From NCBI GenBank assembly GCA_000708835.1, contig DF237172.1, positions 62,001 through 126,000 of the forward strand: DNA of 64,000 nucleotides. Direction: 5' to 3'. A model generated the notes under the pieces. The model worked only from the letters and a program-made list of their open reading frames with translations, did no database searches and was not told the origin of the DNA. This document shows, one piece after another, positions 60,017 to 64,000 of the stretch (its first letter is position 1; every line of letters begins with the position of its first letter). This DNA is from Klebsormidium nitens (lineage: Eukaryota > Plantae > Klebsormidiophyceae). The position numbers were made by a program, and so were the translations under genes.

Positions 60017-63000
60017 CTACTCGGCCATCTCATCCCCCTCCTCTCCGCTCCCCTCTTCCCCTTCGCTTTCTTCTTCCCCCTCGCTTCCCTCCTCCTCAGC
60101 GCTCTCTTCCTCCGCATCTACTTCTTCCGCCTTGGCTCCGTTTCTAACACCGTTTGTAGCCGCCGGCCGGTAGTCCGTTTCGAAGTCGTAGTCGCTTCCG
60201 TCGTCCTCTGGCAGCTTCTCCGCCTTCTTTTTCTGTTTCCGGGCGGCCCGGGCAGCGTGCGGGTTGTAAATGCCCTCCGCATCGTAGAGGATTTGCGTCT
60301 GCGAAACATTGAAGAAAGGGAACGGTCAGTGGGCAGTCAAGCTGACAGCGACGAGAACCGGTCGTAAACAACCAGAAGACAGTCCAGGCTGTCGGACAAA
60401 GTAAAGATCCCTCCGATGTTGCAAGCAAATTAAGGGTGTCGACAGCTGTCAAAATGATCGTGGCAGTTGGCAAAACTCAGATTGAAGGGATCCACATCGT
60501 CAGGCAAGGCAGCAGCTGTGGCTTCAGATAGCTCGTCGTCAATGTGCCCTACTCTGCCTGTGACTGGCATCCGTTGAGTTGTTCGTTTTGCGAAATGTTT
60601 TCCGAGCCTTTAAGTAGCAGCTCGACTCAAGGAAATTCCTTCAGAAAGTCATGCCGCCATCTATTACCGGCAGGATCGACCCACTCCGCTGGTCCGCCTA
60701 CTTGATTCCATAGCGAATCTCCGGTTTAGTGCTGCCGCTCATTACGGACGGAATCAGAGCACGGGCTGAAGTCAGCAGGGCGTCTCTAAGTCAACAGGGG
60801 AGCCGCTTGGTCTAGCCCAAAATGGCAGACCGTCGGCCAGTCCAAATCTCCTTCGGCGGACATGCTGAAAAAGCAAGCGGGCTCATGAGAACTGCTCTGC
60901 TGACGTCACTTGCGCTGCTGACGTGGCACGTCCCTCACCTGGTTCAGGTACGCGGTCCCCCGGTGCTCGTGCTCGAACGTGCTCCCCTTGGCGACCCGTT
61001 CCTCGTCGTCCATATCGCTCGTGGTCGCCTGCTCCTCCTCTTCTTCCTCCTCTCCCTCGCTTTCTGGCAGCCCCTCCGCGCCCTCCATTTGGGGGGGTCG
61101 TCCGGCGGGCTGCAGGGAGGGAGGATATACAAAATGAGACAGTTGGACTATAAGAAAAGAAGTAACGAGTGTACATCACGTTGTGGGCTTGGCCACTATT
61201 CCTTCTTCCCCCTCGCCGTCGCTTTTCGGAAGCCCTTCCGGGCCCTCCATTTGGGGGGTTGGTCCGGCGGGCTGCAAAAACGGGGGATGAGTTTACTGAA
61301 TTGAAAACTGAGACAAATGCATAGGGGAGATTAAGAGTCAGAATTGTTCCTCGTCGCCTCTCCTCCTCTTCCTCCTCTCCCTCGCCGTCGCTCTCTGGCA
61401 GCCCCTCCATGCCCTCCATTTGTGGAGGCCGTCCGCAGGCTGCAGGAGGGGGGCCACCCGTCTCAAGCCAATCCGCCTCAAAGCTCTGAACTCTTATCAT
61501 CCAAGAATGCACTCAACGTTTCAGACAGCCAATGGCCTTGACCGGATTTGCAGCATTGCATAATTACAGCAAGGGCAGCCCCGCACGTCCTGTAGGCAAG
61601 CAACGCTTTTCGAGTCGAAGCCTGCAGCAAAACGCGAAATCAGCATAAGAATCCTAAGAACTTAAAAAAGGCAACGACTTAAACCCTCACCAGCTTTGCA
61701 TAGTTGCCCTCTTGCAGCGACTGCCCTCCCCGCAGTCTCTGAACCCACTTCGTTCATGAACAACGCCTTAACGTCGATGCCTCCAGAAAACCGGAACCTA
61801 ATATATAAACCCTGAGAGCTTGAATAGCTTTAAAGGAAACACTCACCAGCTTTGCTTACTCTCCCTCATGCAGCAAAGGCAGCCCCGCAATCATCGTACT
61901 CGTCTAATTTGCAAACACCGCCTCCACATTTTCACCAAAAGCGGAACCCCTAAGACAAACTTAGAACTTATTAGCCATAAACTCAAACACTCGCCAGCTT
62001 CGCAAATTCTCCTTTCCGCAGCGAGGGCAGCCCCGGAATCACCGTCCTCGTCTCTTTTGCAGACACCGCCTCAACGTCAATGCCTCCAACATAACCGGAA
62101 CCTGTCAGACAAACCCTACAAATTTCAATAGCCATAAAGGGAAATCTCACCAGCTTTGCATACTCTCCCTCTTGCAGCGATGGCAGCCCCGCAATCACTG
62201 TACTCGTCTCGTTTGCAAACACCGCCTCCACGTCGAACTCCTTGCCCCACCCGGCCACCACTGCCGCGTCCGCCACGTCAGCAGCAGCGCGCTTGGGGGG
62301 CGACGTGTAGTAGGGAATCGCCCCCCCGTTCCAGTCGTGCAGGACGACGCGTGCCGTTCCAGTGATGTCAGGAACGCCACCCTGCGGATCCGAGGATTGT
62401 CGAGCTTTAAATACTTGGCTTTTTTCTTCAGTGACGAAATACTTAGCCCTTTCAATATATACAGGCGTGTGAACGAACTCTGCTGGCACATGTAAAAATG
62501 CTGCAAAAAAGAGTACGGCGCCCCGAACAGGATGCGCTTAAAAGAGCTTCTCTGAGTACAACCGCTGATGTTAAAATCCGCCGCCCGAGGAGGGACTCAA
62601 TAAGTAATAGAATAATCAAAGCACTGGGAGGGTTTGAACACCTAAACGAAAAGGCAGAATAATAGTTGGCGGCAGAGCAAACCGGAAGAAAGCTCTATTA
62701 ACGCAACGCTCCTTGGTGCGTGTTGAAAGCCACACCCATTGACTAGGAAACGGCTTTGATCGGGACAAGTTGGAAGAGCCAAGCAGGATACCGATAACCA
62801 AATTGAAAACCAAGAGGGCCCTGTCAAAAAAGTCCTTGGTGCAAGCCCGCAGGTAACAGACATTGACAATCATAAATGCAATCCAACCCGTCGTCTTCTT
62901 TTGGCCCTTCTTTAAAAAGGATCGAAAGTGCGCTTCTTCGTCGCGCAGGCATGCGAAGCTTGCTGAAGCGGTAACTCAGAACCGACTGCAGGTCCACCTT

Positions 63001-63695
63001 TTTTAGCTTCCCCCGGGAAGCAGCGACTGCGCGCAGGAACTCATCGACGTCCTTGAACTTGGCAATCTTGTAGATGGACATCAGCTGCTCAGGGGGGCAC
63101 AGCCGCAGAATCTCCGAGACTGCACAAGACGGGTAAATTGCGAGAAGTGAGAATGTGCAGCGCAACGAGAGGTTCGAGGTCCGCAAGGATGTCAAGCAAC
63201 TAGAAGAGCGACAGACAAGCCCCTGATAAGATATGTGGTGACTAGGATGAAAAATGTGAGCGGGAGGTACGACAAATCCACATCGCAAAGCAACTCAGCA
63301 GAAAACGCTGGGAAGGACTGGCGGACGATATCCAAATCTGCAACAAAGCGGATCGAGACAAAGACGAAGCAGATACGGAAGACTAAGGTGGAAGGATTAA
63401 AAGGCGGAATAGCGGCGATAATTAGCATACCTGGCAAGATGGGGTCTTCCAGCTTCTCCACTTTGACGGCGTTCCGCAGCGCGGCCGCGGCCTCGTTCCC
63501 GACCGCAGAACTAAACACAATCCCCGGACAGTCGAGCAGCTTGACGTTCTTGTCCAGCTGGATCTCCTGCATCGACCGCGTGACGCCAGGTGTCGCGCCG
63601 ACATTGGCCACCTTGGAGCGCTTCAGACTGTTGATCAGGCTGCTCTTGCCGACGTTGGGGAAGCCGACGACGCCGACCGTGATGGACGTTTTCAA
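60017..63695 (-). CDS. NSN1: Nucleostemin/GNL3-like circularly permuted GTPase (plant NSN1-like); upstream exons lie beyond or near the window edge
   Basis: Exons 63695-63431 ([22 protein letters not shown]...LLDCPG), 63119-62998, 62381-62151 ([14 protein letters not shown]), 61109-60939, 60298-60017 (ILYDAEG...DYDF plus acidic tail). Confidence 0.92.
61050..61450 (-). repeat. Acceptor-side splice-junction echo, NSN1 (3 copies)
   Basis: gcag|CC(C/T)GC(C)GGAC...CAAATGGAGGGC...GGGCT.CC.GA.AGCGA starts at 61109 (real), 61271 and 61439. Confidence 0.9.
61570..62235 (-). repeat. Donor-side splice-junction echo, NSN1 (4 full copies plus a fragment, period 148-156 bp)
   Basis: ...GGGCTGCC.TCGCTGC...GCAAAGCTG|GTGAG ends at 62151 (real), 61995 (GC donor), 61847 and 61691; partial copy near 61575. 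Confidence 0.9.
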
Positions 63696-64000
63696 CTGGG
63701 GGAGAGTATACGAGGTCAGACGAAAGGGTCCAGCAACTTCGATGGAACTAGAGGATCGAGTCAGACAAGCAGGTCGAAAATGGTGAGAGCGGGCCGAGGA
63801 GTGTGGTGAACCTCCACTGTGTTTCTTCGACTTGGTAATTATTAGTTGCGAGGGCACTGGAGGGCCCATACCAGCGTCCAAATCCCGTCAATTGAATCTA
63901 CTCGTGAATCCTTTAAAGGGTGTCCCGACGTCTAGCAGCTTCAAGAACGTGACGCCCACGTCTTCCCTCTCGGCATCCAGGATGAAAGCGTTGGCGCAGA

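Noticed and set aside
63880-64000. Possible further NSN1 exon (DVGVTFLKLLD-like peptide) at the window edge
   Set aside because: No clear donor or in-frame join to 63695; it may be intron or a decayed echo and cannot be resolved at the edge.

Overview
Eukaryotic, intron-rich, gene-dense nuclear DNA. HD-Zip II, plant-type CHD1L and GPR107, and centriole genes (epsilon-tubulin, WRAP73) point to a flagellate streptophyte alga such as Klebsormidium; the organism is an inference. I rebuilt 11 protein-coding genes by hand with GT-AG junctions and continuous frames: WRAP73 (3' end only), HD-Zip II, a flavin amine oxidase (disrupted or intronised), CHD1L/ALC1, GPR107/108-like, DnaJ+DUF3752, a small secreted CBM14 protein, epsilon-tubulin, a TLDc protein, a TTP-type tandem CCCH protein and a nucleostemin-like GTPase (5' end outside the window). 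There is also an LRR relic. Main observations: (1) eight arrays in four genes where an exon edge, its splice site and the adjacent intron are tandemly re-copied into the intron, leaving decoy splice sites; (2) a two-exon secreted peritrophin-A/CBM14 gene that looks arthropod-like; (3) an amine oxidase whose frameshift and stop codon are both removed exactly by a possible new 97-nt intron; (4) an HD-Zip II protein with an N-terminal segment resembling the second zipper of HD-Zip IV; (5) seven copies of a ~80-110 bp G-tract/TTAGGG-like dispersed element. No rRNA, tRNA, CRISPR array or intact transposase was recognised. All homology calls come from motif recall, not database searches.
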